From assembly GCA_016861085.1 (NCBI GenBank), contig BOKR01000001.1, positions 825,696 through 889,695 of the forward strand: DNA of 64,000 bases, in the 5' to 3' direction. The notes below the pieces were generated by a model, which made no database searches, was not told the DNA's origin, and was given only the letters and a program-made list of their open reading frames with translations. This document shows, piece by piece, positions 35,924 through 46,771 of the stretch (positions are counted from its first letter, which is position 1; the number at the start of each line of letters is the position of its first letter). The DNA comes from Patescibacteria group bacterium. Lineage in GTDB: Bacteria > Patescibacteriota > Microgenomatia > UBA1400 > PJMF01. The position numbers and the translations under genes are program-made.

Positions 35924-37135
35924 GTGAAAAGAATTTTGCAGTTGTTTGTTGCATGGCGACTCCTTTTGTTTGTTCCGGTATTTTTAGCAACTTTATTTTT
36001 GCCATTTCGCGAAAACTCTCTGTATACAACGCTCTGGCAATACACGGGAAAATATCCTATTGTTGAGCATGAGCTTGTATACCCCTGGTCAAACTTTGAT
36101 GGCGTGCATTATGTTGCCATTGCTTCTCGCTGGTATGTAGACGAAGGCCGATTTTTACCATTTTTTCCAGTTTTAGTTGGAGTTGTCGCAGCACCGCTTT
36201 CTTTGATCTGGCCAATTGTGCCGTACGGACCAGGAACTTTTTGGGCAGGGATACTGGTAAGTACTCTGGCTACAATGCTAGCGCTTTATTTTACCGCCAA
36301 ACTCTTACATCTAGATTACAAAACAAAAACAGTTGCATTGTCATTGTTCTTATTGCTGGCCTCACCAGTGGCTTTCTTTTTGGCTTGTATCTATTCGGAA
36401 GGACTATTTTTGCTTTTAAGTGTGTTAACCCTGTATTGCGCCCGAAAGCAAAGGTGGTTCATGGCTTCTGTATTGGCCATGGTTTTGAGTGTAACCAGAT
36501 TATCTGGAATTTTGATAATTCTGCCGCTGTTGTGGGAGTATTACGAGTTAGAAATTAAACCTAGCAAAAAGCTTGCTTGGAAAAACATTACAAAATTAGC
36601 CTGGTTTGCAATAATCCCTGTCTTGTTATTGATTTACGGCTGGTTTAACTACGTCAAATGGGGCGATTTTTTGTACTTTGTCAACGCACATGGGCTACTT
36701 GGCAATAGTAGAGAGGTTTCTGGATTAGTATTTCCATTGGTAACGATATATAGATACCTGAGGATTTTCACGACAGTTTCTGTGAATCAGTACGAATTTT
36801 GGATTGCATTGCTAGAGTTTGGAACATTGATTTATGCTGTTTGGAGCCTATTTTTAGCATGGAAAACAAAAATAAGGCCTAGTTATATGCTTTTTTCAGT
36901 GGCTATGCTGGCTTTACCACTTTTTTCTGGAACTTTGTCCGGATTACCCCGATATATTTTGCCGATTTTTCCGTTTTTCTTGGCACAGGCATTGTGGTTT
37001 GAAAAAGTAAGGGAAACTTGGCGGGGAAAAAAAACTGCTCCTGGGACCACTTTATTGATATTCTTTGTGGTTGTTTCTATCCTCTTACAGGCATTATTAC
37101 TGGCCCTGTTTGCGAGGGGGTATTATATCTCCTAA
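35924..37135 (+). CDS. GT-C fold mannosyltransferase (PIG-V-like)
   Basis: NFDGVHY, FFP, YSEGLF, RY; multiple TM helices. Confidence 0.82.
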   Translation: MKRILQLFVAWRLLLFVPVFLATLFLPFRENSLYTTLWQYTGKYPIVEHELVYPWSNFDGVHYVAIASRWYVDEGRFLPFFPVLVGVVAAPLSLIWPIVPYGPGTFWAGILVSTLATMLALYFTAKLLHLDYKTKTVALSLFLLLASPVAFFLACIYSEGLFLLLSVLTLYCARKQRWFMASVLAMVLSVTRLSGILIILPLLWEYYELEIKPSKKLAWKNITKLAWFAIIPVLLLIYGWFNYVKWGDFLYFVNAHGLLGNSREVSGLVFPLVTIYRYLRIFTTVSVNQYEFWIALLEFGTLIYAVWSLFLAWKTKIRPSYMLFSVAMLALPLFSGTLSGLPRYILPIFPFFLAQALWFEKVRETWRGKKTAPGTTLLIFFVVVSILLQALLLALFARGYYIS

Positions 37136-37172
37136 ATCTTGTATTCTCGCCTGGTATTAGGTACTTTTATTC

Positions 37173-37201
37173 TTGACAAAACGTACGTTATAGGATATAA
37201 T
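37173..37201 (+). promoter_or_regulatory. Consensus sigma70 promoter
   Basis: TTGACA-N17-TATAAT. Confidence 0.85.
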
Positions 37202-37207
37202 GTTGGT

Positions 37208-37437
37208 GTGTGTACTTGATCTTGTACCATCACAAATTGCTTGTGAATTGTCACAACTTTAAGTACCACAAGCTCCTTAACAACTGAATATTTTTGTAAG
37301 AATTAACAGGGTGCTTATAGTGCTGATTTTAACTATCAGTAGTACAAGCGCCCTGTTCCGAATGAACGGAGAAGGGCTCGAAAACATTTTATCCCATTTC
37401 AATGGCCAGCTTTAAAACTGGCAAATATAGGTGACCC
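37208..37437 (+). ncRNA. Long structured 5' leader or cis-acting RNA
   Basis: Several hairpins, including AACAGGGTGCTT...AAGCGCCCTGTT (37305-37357), and boxA-like GCTCCTTAACAACTGAATA (37272-37290). Confidence 0.4.
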
Positions 37438-38475
37438 ATGTTTCGCAAAAACCCTTTCTATCGTTCGTTTTTTGTATTGTTTCTGATTATTGCCGTGGTT
37501 TCCACGGCGTGCGGCGTTACACCCTCGGGGACGACAACGTCTCCGGGTACAGCCGCCCCAATTGTCTCCCCGACCGTCGGCCCACAACCCTCTCCCCATC
37601 CTGAACCGTGGGAATCCGATCAAAACGCCTTTATGGCCGAAATTGACTGGAACATTCTCGCTATGGCTGTGGTTCTCCCGTACGCAAACTTTACGCCAGA
37701 CAATGGCGATTGCGCCGATTTTTGGGAGCACCAGGTTTTGAGACACCTGCCGGGAGGAGAGGCTGATAGTATCCATACATTAGAGGAACTCAACAAGTTC
37801 CTCACTGCCGTTGAAACCGGCGATCCTGGTTTGACTCTCGTTAAAGTGGCTCTTCGATCAGGGGGTGGCATTGCTGCTCTCTACCGTTGGGCTGGCCGGC
37901 AGTGGCTGTTCTTCACCGGATCCGGACTGCTCCCCACAGCATACCGGCCGCTGTCGCAAGACGCGGTCAAAAATGCAATTCGGGGTGTGCAGACCTACAA
38001 AACGGCTCCTCGGGGGGTGAATACCTCCCTAGCAAATTCGGCCCGCTGTTTCCGTGAAGCTCAACCCAAAACGGTAGAAGTGACCGTCGAAGAAACCGTA
38101 CAACTGCCCGTCTCGAAGTTTACCGGCACATATGATTTTGGGGTGTCGCCGACCCCTGTGGTAGGCGTTGACGCAACTCAACCGGTCTTAACCCCGGTGC
38201 CCGTGGGATCTTATGGGCTAGTCATTGCTATTGAAGGAACGCCTCCCGCTGTGGATGTTGCCAATTATGTGTACGATCCCTCACACGCCGCTTACGTGTG
38301 GTCTCCCCAAGGAGGGGGTGGCCTCACTCCTCAGCAGCTTGCTGAGGTCGTTTTGCTTGGTGGCGGCACCATTGTCGTCGTTGGTATAATAGTAGTGACC
38401 GCGGAGCTATGGCTCCCGGTCGTGGTTATAGGTGCGCCAGCGGCAGGGGCTTTGGTCCCTGCTTTCGCGCCGTAG
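37438..38475 (+). CDS. GC-rich putative lipoprotein with C-terminal hydrophobic hairpin
   Basis: Lipobox-like VSTAC, Pro/Thr linker, C-terminal hydrophobic stretch; visibly GC-richer than its flanks. Confidence 0.7.
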   Translation: MFRKNPFYRSFFVLFLIIAVVSTACGVTPSGTTTSPGTAAPIVSPTVGPQPSPHPEPWESDQNAFMAEIDWNILAMAVVLPYANFTPDNGDCADFWEHQVLRHLPGGEADSIHTLEELNKFLTAVETGDPGLTLVKVALRSGGGIAALYRWAGRQWLFFTGSGLLPTAYRPLSQDAVKNAIRGVQTYKTAPRGVNTSLANSARCFREAQPKTVEVTVEETVQLPVSKFTGTYDFGVSPTPVVGVDATQPVLTPVPVGSYGLVIAIEGTPPAVDVANYVYDPSHAAYVWSPQGGGGLTPQQLAEVVLLGGGTIVVVGIIVVTAELWLPVVVIGAPAAGALVPAFAP

Positions 38476-38514
38476 AAGTTGGTTTCTTACAATTAAATGT
38501 CAGTTAACAAGGAG

Positions 38515-38541
38515 AAGGCCCGTCGTAAAGACGGGCCTTTT
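38515..38541 (+). terminator. Intrinsic terminator
   Basis: AAGGCCCGTC-gtaaa-GACGGGCCTT followed by TT. Confidence 0.8.
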
Positions 38542-38581
38542 CTGTATGTAAAGTAATCTAAGTTATTGCTCTTTAAAGGAT

Positions 38582-39700
38582 CTATAAGAAACTTTCTCCA
38601 GTTACAGCCTCTGCCAATATAGGAGATTTGGTTCCAAACTCTGTCTTTATTTTCTTAAAAGCCTCCCCAAGCCCCAACTCACCTAACTTGCTTTCCATTG
38701 ACTTCCATAAAGGAGTTAGCATAAACAATGCTCGCTCCTTTGGTACAGCCACTAGCAGTGTTTCAACAAGATAACTGAAGATACCTGAAAGCCAAACAAC
38801 TGAGCGTTCATCAAGCGCATTCATACCACTTCTTTCGGAATTTTCTAAAATATTACGTAAAGCAACTACTAATTCATACCCCATTAATTCAGCCAATAAA
38901 CCATTATTTGGTATATCAAAAAACTTGTTCTGACTGTGTGGTATTCGCAATATTGTAGATAAGCTACTCAAAGAATGCTCACCAGAAAATAATGAAGCGA
39001 CGTTAAGAGATTTCAACAGGGTATCCTTTACTAACTCAACCTGCTGAAGATCGTCCTCTTCCACCGCACGGATCCAAAAACCGTACGCTAATCTCACTGC
39101 ATCCAATTTTCTTGAATAGATATCATATGCCTCTGGTTGTAAATTATTTGGCACAAAAGAAGTCGGTGCACCTGTGTTAAAAACATCTCCGACAGTTTGC
39201 AAGTTTACCCGTTGATAAAAAGCGCTTGCATCAGATTGTAATGCTTCCATGTTTTGCTGAAGCTCTTTGAGTTTTGATTGAATAATCCTTATTGGAACTT
39301 TCGGTAATAATGCAGCTGTTTCCATAACTGTCATCCAAACAACTACACCTTCATCAGGGATTTGAGAGCTTGATTCATACTCCCGTGTTGTTAATAAAAT
39401 CGGATATCGATAAAAAGTTGGAAGATCTCCTTTGCTCTCAAGCAATTGAAACTTGTAACCCGTTTCACTACTTTGAGGCAAATTTTCTTGGGCAACTGCA
39501 ACAGACTCGTGTTCCCCATATCCTATCTGTGCCCCCACAACTGGCAACTCACCTGCTTCAGTTTCTGAAACTGTTGTAAGATCCCACTTTTTCGGATGAG
39601 CTGGTTTACTCAACGAACTAACTCCAATCGATTCAAAGATAATGGGCGTGTTATCAATTTCTTGTGGCAAATCAGCTGCTTCTTTGTTTGTTATAGTCAT
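38582..39700 (-). CDS. Hypothetical protein
   Basis: 372 aa ORF, no recognised motif. Confidence 0.7.
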   Translation of the reverse strand: MTITNKEAADLPQEIDNTPIIFESIGVSSLSKPAHPKKWDLTTVSETEAGELPVVGAQIGYGEHESVAVAQENLPQSSETGYKFQLLESKGDLPTFYRYPILLTTREYESSSQIPDEGVVVWMTVMETAALLPKVPIRIIQSKLKELQQNMEALQSDASAFYQRVNLQTVGDVFNTGAPTSFVPNNLQPEAYDIYSRKLDAVRLAYGFWIRAVEEDDLQQVELVKDTLLKSLNVASLFSGEHSLSSLSTILRIPHSQNKFFDIPNNGLLAELMGYELVVALRNILENSERSGMNALDERSVVWLSGIFSYLVETLLVAVPKERALFMLTPLWKSMESKLGELGLGEAFKKIKTEFGTKSPILAEAVTGESFL

Positions 39701-39787
39701 ATCAGTTCTTCTATTTTAAACTTTCTTAGTAGAGAAAGCAAAAACATATCAATTTACAGCTACTCCCCAAAAAGCTAGAATGAAATC

Positions 39788-40405
39788 ATGCCAAAATTGG
39801 ATTCCCCACAACCATACCATGAAGAACCACAATCTCCAGATGATCTTGCAAAACTAGCCTTACCACTCAATGGTGAATTGCCCAACCAATATACTGCCAT
39901 AAGATTTTGGGACCATCTGATTGAACAACACCTAGATATTTCAAAAACTTGGCAATATCACTCAAACCAAGAAGATATTGATGCGTTGATAGCAGAGCAT
40001 ACCTATGAAGACAAAAGCTCTAAGCAATTTTCTGTGGCTGCTGTTACTGGTGTATTAACAGCTATAGCAGAAGGATTACAACCAGAACAAATAATCACTC
40101 GAATCGAAGGAAATTCAACAGCCACATTCAAATTTAACGGTCAAACGTGGATCTTTCATTTGACCGTTGAACCAAGTATTTATATATCTACCACTAGAGA
40201 TAGCCTTAAGGGCACGATGCGCAAAGGATTCACATCTATAAATCCAAGTGATGCCTTAAAAAAATTCTATGCAGACTCGGCTCAAATCTTTTTGAATAAC
40301 TCGCCATTTCCAGCTGACTACTCAGATGGAGAAGATCCATATAAGGATTATCAAGATTCCGATTACGGTTACGACACAGAAGACGATTTTGGTTGGGATC
40401 AATAA
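39788..40405 (+). CDS. Hypothetical protein with acidic C-terminus
   Basis: 205 aa ORF; TAGAAT 6 nt before ATG. Confidence 0.7.
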   Translation: MPKLDSPQPYHEEPQSPDDLAKLALPLNGELPNQYTAIRFWDHLIEQHLDISKTWQYHSNQEDIDALIAEHTYEDKSSKQFSVAAVTGVLTAIAEGLQPEQIITRIEGNSTATFKFNGQTWIFHLTVEPSIYISTTRDSLKGTMRKGFTSINPSDALKKFYADSAQIFLNNSPFPADYSDGEDPYKDYQDSDYGYDTEDDFGWDQ

Positions 40406-40876
40406 TCATTTATTCGACCACCCAACCTCACTATACTGTACCCCGTCTCTAATACTTTCAAGCGCAACTCTTATATATTCAATGACATTCTCTGGCAGAC
40501 TATCAAATTCAAACCAAGAAAGCTCATCGCATTTTCCCGGCTCACAATTTACAATCTCACCGCTCCATTCACGGACTATAAAAAAAATGTCAACACGCTC
40601 CGAGCCGTCTGTATCAGACTTTCTGTGCATTATATGTGCTACCTCCACCTTAGCAGGATCAACCACCACCCCAGCTTCCTCTTTTGCTTCACGAATAAGT
40701 GCATCCGTAAATGTTTCCCCCTCGTCAACGTGACCTGCTACCAAACTATACATCCCGTCTTTATACCCGGTGTTAAATCTGCGTAATAGCAAAACTTGAC
40801 CCGCATCATTAACCAAAACTAAGTATGAGGCCGGAATATTCATGTGCCGCTGTAATGAGTTTTCGCTCCAAGTCAT
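40406..40876 (-). CDS. NUDIX hydrolase
   Basis: GHVDEGETFTDALIREAKEEAG Nudix box; start uncertain. Confidence 0.9.
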   Translation of the reverse strand: MTWSENSLQRHMNIPASYLVLVNDAGQVLLLRRFNTGYKDGMYSLVAGHVDEGETFTDALIREAKEEAGVVVDPAKVEVAHIMHRKSDTDGSERVDIFFIVREWSGEIVNCEPGKCDELSWFEFDSLPENVIEYIRVALESIRDGVQYSEVGWSNK

Positions 40877-40901
40877 GTTTCCTGAAATTTCCAAAAAAGA
40901 A

Positions 40902-41231
40902 TTACTTTTTCTTTTTTAAATCAGCTTCTACCATTTTTTTAACATCTAATTTGTCTAACCCCAAACCTTTAAATCCAAAATAGACAATCGCTGCGATCAC
41001 CGCAAAGTCAATGAAAATCGAAAGAAAATTGCCCCAACGAATTTCAGCAGATCCAATCCACACACTATAACTACTTAAGTTTCCGGCTTTGCCAAGAATA
41101 ATCCCCAAAACTGGGTTAATGATATCTTCAACCAATGAGGCTACCAACTTAGAAATCGCGCCACCAAGTATGAAACCAGTAGCAAGTCCAACGATACCTT
41201 GCGTACGAACAAATAATAAAAAGTCTTTCAT
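40902..41231 (-). CDS. mscL: Large-conductance mechanosensitive channel
   Basis: GIVGLATGFILGGA..LVASLVEDIINP, WGNFLS. Confidence 0.9.
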   Translation of the reverse strand: MKDFLLFVRTQGIVGLATGFILGGAISKLVASLVEDIINPVLGIILGKAGNLSSYSVWIGSAEIRWGNFLSIFIDFAVIAAIVYFGFKGLGLDKLDVKKMVEADLKKKK

Positions 41232-41274
41232 ATCATGTAGTATATCGTAATAAATGATAAAATCTAATTAAACC

Positions 41275-42594
41275 ATGTTAAAAGTATTGCGCGAATCAAG
41301 ACAACCCAAACCAGACCAAGCTCAACATGACACAGCAAAATATGCTTCTGAACTGCTTAATTCTCAAGAAGTTCTTCAAATGGCCCAGAGGCTAGATGCA
41401 AATATTCATTACATTAACGGTACAATTCCAAATGGAAAAACAGATGAAAACTCATTCAAAACAACATTCAAAGAAAAATTACACCTCTTTTTAGACAAGA
41501 AAAAACCAGAAAATTTCTTACCAGCTTTCCTAGAAAAAATGGACTCCAAAGCTTCAGATATAACAAGAGCTGAAGGTTTGAGACTAGATGCCAGCAATAA
41601 TCTGCTCATTGATAAACAGGCAGAGGTAAATCATATCATCAGCATTCTGATAGAAGCACAAAGACAGAATCTTACAAAGCGGGGTGTTGATCCTAAAGCT
41701 ATTGAAGTCGAGATAAATCATATCAAAGATGTGGTTGCTCTCACTAAAAATGTTTTTCCAAAATTACCTGTCCTCCATTTAGCCGCTGCAGTTCATGACT
41801 CATATAAACATGTGGCCAAAAACTACAATGAACTCGGTTTACATGAATTGGCTAGCACAGCATTTGGCGGAGTTCTTGTAGAAACTGTCCTTAAAAAATT
41901 TGGATCTGAGCTTGGATTAGATAACAATGCTATTGCTTTAATCAAAAAACTTGTTGAGAGAGCCATCTTTACTCATGGTACACAAGAGTACCCCAGAAAT
42001 AACACCTTGTACGATCAAAAACACCCACAAATTGGAGCACTTCATGGCTCTGATATGCATGTAAGGCCAAAAAGAAATTCATATGATGAAACACGTAATC
42101 CTTCAAGAACCGTCGCACTTACAATACTTGGTTTAAACTATCTTGATGCACTCACAGGTACTGACCCCAATTCCTTAATTAAGTATAACCTGGCGAGTTC
42201 ACACCAAAAAATCACTGCAAGTGCTTCTCTTGAAGACTACTTTATCATGAGCCTTTTCAATTCTTTTGAATCTAACATAACTATGAGATCGGGGAGAGAA
42301 CTTTTAAAATTAGAAAATCAAGCACTTGATAAAGTTATCGCGAGAAATAACAAAGTAAAGGAAATGATATTGCTTGTACTGAGCCGTAAAAAGTTCAAGT
42401 TGCGAACTAAATTCAGACTGAGTAGAAAAGAAATTGGTGATATTGACAATAAACATTCAGAACTATTAAGAAGTTTTCGGCAACTACAAGACACTAATGA
42501 ACATGATTCATTTTACGAACGAAGCCATTTCAACAGCCTCATTGAGGAATTTGTAACTTACATTACAAACGTAGTTACTTCCCCCCAAAAATAA
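41275..42594 (+). CDS. Hypothetical protein with HD-like motif
   Basis: LAAAVHDSYK, HE, later H and D residues. Confidence 0.6.
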   Translation: MLKVLRESRQPKPDQAQHDTAKYASELLNSQEVLQMAQRLDANIHYINGTIPNGKTDENSFKTTFKEKLHLFLDKKKPENFLPAFLEKMDSKASDITRAEGLRLDASNNLLIDKQAEVNHIISILIEAQRQNLTKRGVDPKAIEVEINHIKDVVALTKNVFPKLPVLHLAAAVHDSYKHVAKNYNELGLHELASTAFGGVLVETVLKKFGSELGLDNNAIALIKKLVERAIFTHGTQEYPRNNTLYDQKHPQIGALHGSDMHVRPKRNSYDETRNPSRTVALTILGLNYLDALTGTDPNSLIKYNLASSHQKITASASLEDYFIMSLFNSFESNITMRSGRELLKLENQALDKVIARNNKVKEMILLVLSRKKFKLRTKFRLSRKEIGDIDNKHSELLRSFRQLQDTNEHDSFYERSHFNSLIEEFVTYITNVVTSPQK

Positions 42595-43834
42595 TCACAA
42601 ACATTCCTTGAGCACTTCGTACACAAGCATCGTTAAAATCAATACTCAGCTGTGCTTCCCGATGCCCCATTGTTGATGAATCAAAACACCACTCAATCAA
42701 AGCTGTTCCGGTTTGTGCTATAAAATTCTCACCTGTGGTCATATTTCTGCAATGTTGATATGCCAAATTTTCCGCAATTGTGTTTCCTGGATACTGTCTT
42801 ATTGAATCAGGTAAATTATCTTTGTCAGCAAAGTCATTTTTAAATCCCTCATGGTTATCGAGTGTCCCAAAAGCTACTAAGTCCTGTATCCTTTTTTCGG
42901 CATACGTACACAACTCTCCATTTACATTTAAATTATGCACACCGTGTGCTTGCCGGTAGCTATTAAGTGCAGTAAATACTTCCTCATTAGAAATTGGTGG
43001 AAAATTTGACTTTGAAGGCCCGTTGTTTTGTGACGACGAATTCTGGGAAGAAATGGTTTGAGATAAACTACTTGCTGGTTTTTTTGCAAACTCTGTACCC
43101 AAAATTTGGACTGTTACACCAAGTGTTTCGTTATATTTGGTTTTAATTACTTTTGTGGCAATTCCCACCTGCTGAAAGTCATCATCAAACAAAGCTTTTA
43201 CCTGGGCCTCACTGGACAGCCACGCGTCTATAACTCCGTCCTCTAGTAACGGCCCAACAACCATGTTGTGACTGACATGCTCATAGTTGTATTTTTGCTG
43301 TTCTAACGCGGTTTTTAATTCATCAACAAATGGTTTATCTTGAATTTCAAATTCATATTTTTCAGCTTCTGCGAGCAATTCTGCTGCAGCTGAAGCCAAT
43401 TTCTCACTATACCCAAACGGTTCTTTTTCTCTGGCGTCTCGCTCACTATTAAGTTTTTCAAAAATAAGCTGAGGATCTAAACTTGGCTCCTCATCTTTGA
43501 GCCCCACTGGAATGTAGTCAAAATTGATTTCTTCTTTATCAATAACTCCCAAAGAATCCAAGGCATTGAGAATTTCTTCTGGCAACTTAACTCTCGTTGT
43601 CTTCAAAAAATACGGCAATAGTTGCATATTAATGCCTAAGAAAAAACAGATGACGACAATTCTTGTGAAGTACTCATTTGAGAGTAGTTTATTTCTCTGA
43701 ATAACGTGGTGAACATCTCCTAGAAAATCTACAAATGAATGTTTAATTTTTTTAAAGGAGTGTAATGGTTTCTTTATCGAATGAACAATTTTTGAGACAA
43801 CAGAAGTATGTCTCCTAAAACTAATTTTTTTCAT
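42575..43834 (-). CDS. Membrane-anchored protein with two CAP/SCP domains
   Basis: LNSER...WLSS..DFQQVGI and LNSYRQAHG...HEGF...AENLA...GHRE; GGAG before the ATG at 43834. Confidence 0.8.
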   Translation of the reverse strand: MKKISFRRHTSVVSKIVHSIKKPLHSFKKIKHSFVDFLGDVHHVIQRNKLLSNEYFTRIVVICFFLGINMQLLPYFLKTTRVKLPEEILNALDSLGVIDKEEINFDYIPVGLKDEEPSLDPQLIFEKLNSERDAREKEPFGYSEKLASAAAELLAEAEKYEFEIQDKPFVDELKTALEQQKYNYEHVSHNMVVGPLLEDGVIDAWLSSEAQVKALFDDDFQQVGIATKVIKTKYNETLGVTVQILGTEFAKKPASSLSQTISSQNSSSQNNGPSKSNFPPISNEEVFTALNSYRQAHGVHNLNVNGELCTYAEKRIQDLVAFGTLDNHEGFKNDFADKDNLPDSIRQYPGNTIAENLAYQHCRNMTTGENFIAQTGTALIEWCFDSSTMGHREAQLSIDFNDACVRSAQGMFVIIFGGK

Positions 43835-44414
43835 CAAATGCTCCAGATTTTTCAAGCAGAGGGACCACTACTTCCATCGGGAGTCCGTGACTAAAACTAC
43901 TTAGCGATCCCGCAATTGCACGAATCATATTGATTCCTTCTGGATATGCTGGACAAAAACCAGCAGACCAAGTCAAAACTGGATTTTGCGCAACATATTT
44001 TTCAATTTCAGCTTCACTCAGGTCCCTAAAAATAAATGTCGTTTCTGAAGTGGTAGAAAACTCAATTTTATTTCTTAGATCTAGGTATGCACAGCCAGAA
44101 TAGCAGGTACCTTGTTTTCCAGATTGTTCTTTGAGCATTTGTTTTGCTTCTTCAAGAGTGTGAGGCTTTTCGTATGCTTTTCCATTCACAAAAGTGAATG
44201 TGTCTCCGGAAATAACTATTGCCTCTGGGTGTTGTTGTGAAATTTTTTGGGCTTTTGCCAGAGCAATTAAGCGAGCGCGTTCTTTATCAGTTGTCGCTGT
44301 AACTGCTTTTTCATCTATATCACTAGGAATCACTTCAAATGGAATCTTTAGTGCTTCCATCAAAATTCTTCTTTGTTTTGATCCACTAGCTAAAATAATT
44401 TTTTGCATAAGCAT
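43821..44414 (-). CDS. maf: Maf-family nucleoside triphosphate pyrophosphatase
   Basis: ILASGSKQR, DIDE, LAKA, SGDT, KP, GLP. Confidence 0.9.
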   Translation of the reverse strand: MLMQKIILASGSKQRRILMEALKIPFEVIPSDIDEKAVTATTDKERARLIALAKAQKISQQHPEAIVISGDTFTFVNGKAYEKPHTLEEAKQMLKEQSGKQGTCYSGCAYLDLRNKIEFSTTSETTFIFRDLSEAEIEKYVAQNPVLTWSAGFCPAYPEGINMIRAIAGSLSSFSHGLPMEVVVPLLEKSGAFDEKN

Positions 44415-44542
44415 TTTTGTATATAACTTTTACTATAAAATAGTCAAAACTTTGAGATTTTGTCCTCATGAGCGTATAATCTATCTTACTATATAAATTC
44501 GTACTCAGGTGCAAGTATTTCTAACAATTAGAGGGAGGCGCC

Positions 44543-46771
44543 ATGAACAATCCAGTACCATTCAAAGAAAATCTTTGGCAAGAAGAAATTAATGTTAGAG
44601 ACTTTTTGTATTCTAACATTACTCGATATGATGGGGATGCTTCATTTTTATCACAGCCAACTTCCGTCACAAAAAAGTTATGGAATAAATGCAAAAAACT
44701 GTTAGCTCAAGAAAGAGAAAACGGTGGAATATTAGACATTGACGTCAAAACCATTTCATCGATTACTAGCCATAAACCAGGGTACATAGACAAAACATTA
44801 GAAAAAATAGTTGGAGTACAAACTGATAAGCCCCTCAAACGATCAATTAAACCTTTTGGTGGTTGGCGTGTCGTTGACAAAGCGTGTGAAGAAAATGGCT
44901 ATACACTTGATCCAAAAGTCGTCGAAATTTTCTCAAAATATCGAAAATCACATAACGACGGTGTATTTGACGCATACACTGATGAAATGAGAAAGTTACG
45001 TGGATCAGGACTCATTACGGGACTACCAGATAACTATGCTCGAGGTCGTATTATTGGTGACTATCGTAGACTTGCACTGTACGGTCTTGACCGACTCATT
45101 GAAGCAAAAGAAGCTGACAAAAAAAATCTCGACAGCGATATGACAAATGATCTCATTCAACTGAGAGAAGAAGTCAGTGAACAGATCAGAGCATTAGGAA
45201 TGGTTGGTGAAATGGCCAAAAGTTACGGAATCGATGTTTCCAAACCTGCTCAAACTGCACAGGAAGCCATTCAATATACCTATCTTGCATACTTAGCAGC
45301 TGTGAAAGAACAAGATGGTGCCGCAATGAGTTTAGGTAATGTCAGTAGTTTTTTTGATGTATATATTGAACGCGATTTACAAGCTGGAGTTTTGACGGAG
45401 GCTCAGGCCCAAGAGTTAGTAGACCATTTTGTGATGAAGCTTAGATTAGTTCGTCATTTGCGCATGGATGAATATAACCAGCTGTTTGCCGGCGACCCAA
45501 CTTGGGTAACCGAAGTAATCGGCGGGGTATTCAAAGATGGCACACATAAAGTCACTAAAACGAGCTTTAGATTCTTGCAAACGTTGTATAACTTGGGTCC
45601 AGCACCAGAACCAAATCTCACAATTTTGTGGCACGAAAATTTGCCAGAGGGTTTCAAGCAATTTGCGGCACAAGTTTCTATCGATACTTCTTCACTGCAA
45701 TATGAAAATGATGAATTAATGAGCCACTCTGGCGACTGTGATGATTACTGTATTGCTTGCTGTGTTTCCATGATGGAAACCGGAAAAGAAATGCAGTTTT
45801 TTGGCGCCCGCTGTAATTTGGCCAAAACATTGTTGCTCGCAATTAATGAAGGACGGGACGAATTTACTAATACAGAAATTATTCCTGATATTGAGCCACT
45901 ACCTGAAGGTGAACTTGATTATGTAGAAGTTGAGCGTAGATTTAATAAGGCAATGAGTTACATTGCCAAAGCATATGTGAATACCATGAATGTGATTCAC
46001 TACATGCATGACAAATATTATTATGAACGCGCTCAGCTAGCCTTCATGGATACGCATATTAATAGAAACATGGCATTCGGAGCTGCGGGACTGAGTGTAG
46101 CCGCAGACTCACTCTCCGCAATTAAATATGCCAAAGTAACTGCTGTTAGAAATGATCAAGGACTAGCTACTGAGTTCAAAATCACTGGAGATTTCCCAAT
46201 GTATGGCAATGATGATGACAGAGTTGACGATATTGCCAAAACTTTGGTCCATGATTTTAATCAAGAATTAGCAAAACATCACATCTACCGTGACGCTACA
46301 CCAACACTTTCTGTGTTAACCATTACTTCAAATGTAGTGTATGGCAAAAAAACTGGTGCCACTCCAGATGGCAGAAAAGCTCATGAAGCATTTGCTCCAG
46401 GTGCAAACCCAATGCATGGCCGCGACAAATCTGGGGCAGTCGCCTCACTGAATTCTGTCGCTAAAATCGACTATAATGATGCTCGTGATGGTGTCTCAAA
46501 TACTTTTTCTATCGTACCCAAATCACTCGGGAGCAAGAAAAAAGATCAAGTTGGAAATCTATCCAACATGCTTGATGGCTACTTTGCCAAACACGCACAC
46601 CATTTGAATGTAAATGTATTAAATAAAGATACGCTGCTTGATGCAGTCGCTCACCCCGAAAAGTATCCGCAACTAACAATTAGGGTTTCAGGGTATGCAG
46701 TTAACTTTATTCGCCTGAGCAGAGAACAACAGCAAGAAGTGATCGCAAGAACGTTTCATGAAACAATGTAA
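44543..46771 (+). CDS. pflB: Pyruvate formate-lyase
   Basis: Active-site ACCVS, glycyl-radical RVSGYAV; GGAGG RBS. Confidence 0.97.
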   Translation: MNNPVPFKENLWQEEINVRDFLYSNITRYDGDASFLSQPTSVTKKLWNKCKKLLAQERENGGILDIDVKTISSITSHKPGYIDKTLEKIVGVQTDKPLKRSIKPFGGWRVVDKACEENGYTLDPKVVEIFSKYRKSHNDGVFDAYTDEMRKLRGSGLITGLPDNYARGRIIGDYRRLALYGLDRLIEAKEADKKNLDSDMTNDLIQLREEVSEQIRALGMVGEMAKSYGIDVSKPAQTAQEAIQYTYLAYLAAVKEQDGAAMSLGNVSSFFDVYIERDLQAGVLTEAQAQELVDHFVMKLRLVRHLRMDEYNQLFAGDPTWVTEVIGGVFKDGTHKVTKTSFRFLQTLYNLGPAPEPNLTILWHENLPEGFKQFAAQVSIDTSSLQYENDELMSHSGDCDDYCIACCVSMMETGKEMQFFGARCNLAKTLLLAINEGRDEFTNTEIIPDIEPLPEGELDYVEVERRFNKAMSYIAKAYVNTMNVIHYMHDKYYYERAQLAFMDTHINRNMAFGAAGLSVAADSLSAIKYAKVTAVRNDQGLATEFKITGDFPMYGNDDDRVDDIAKTLVHDFNQELAKHHIYRDATPTLSVLTITSNVVYGKKTGATPDGRKAHEAFAPGANPMHGRDKSGAVASLNSVAKIDYNDARDGVSNTFSIVPKSLGSKKKDQVGNLSNMLDGYFAKHAHHLNVNVLNKDTLLDAVAHPEKYPQLTIRVSGYAVNFIRLSREQQQEVIARTFHETM

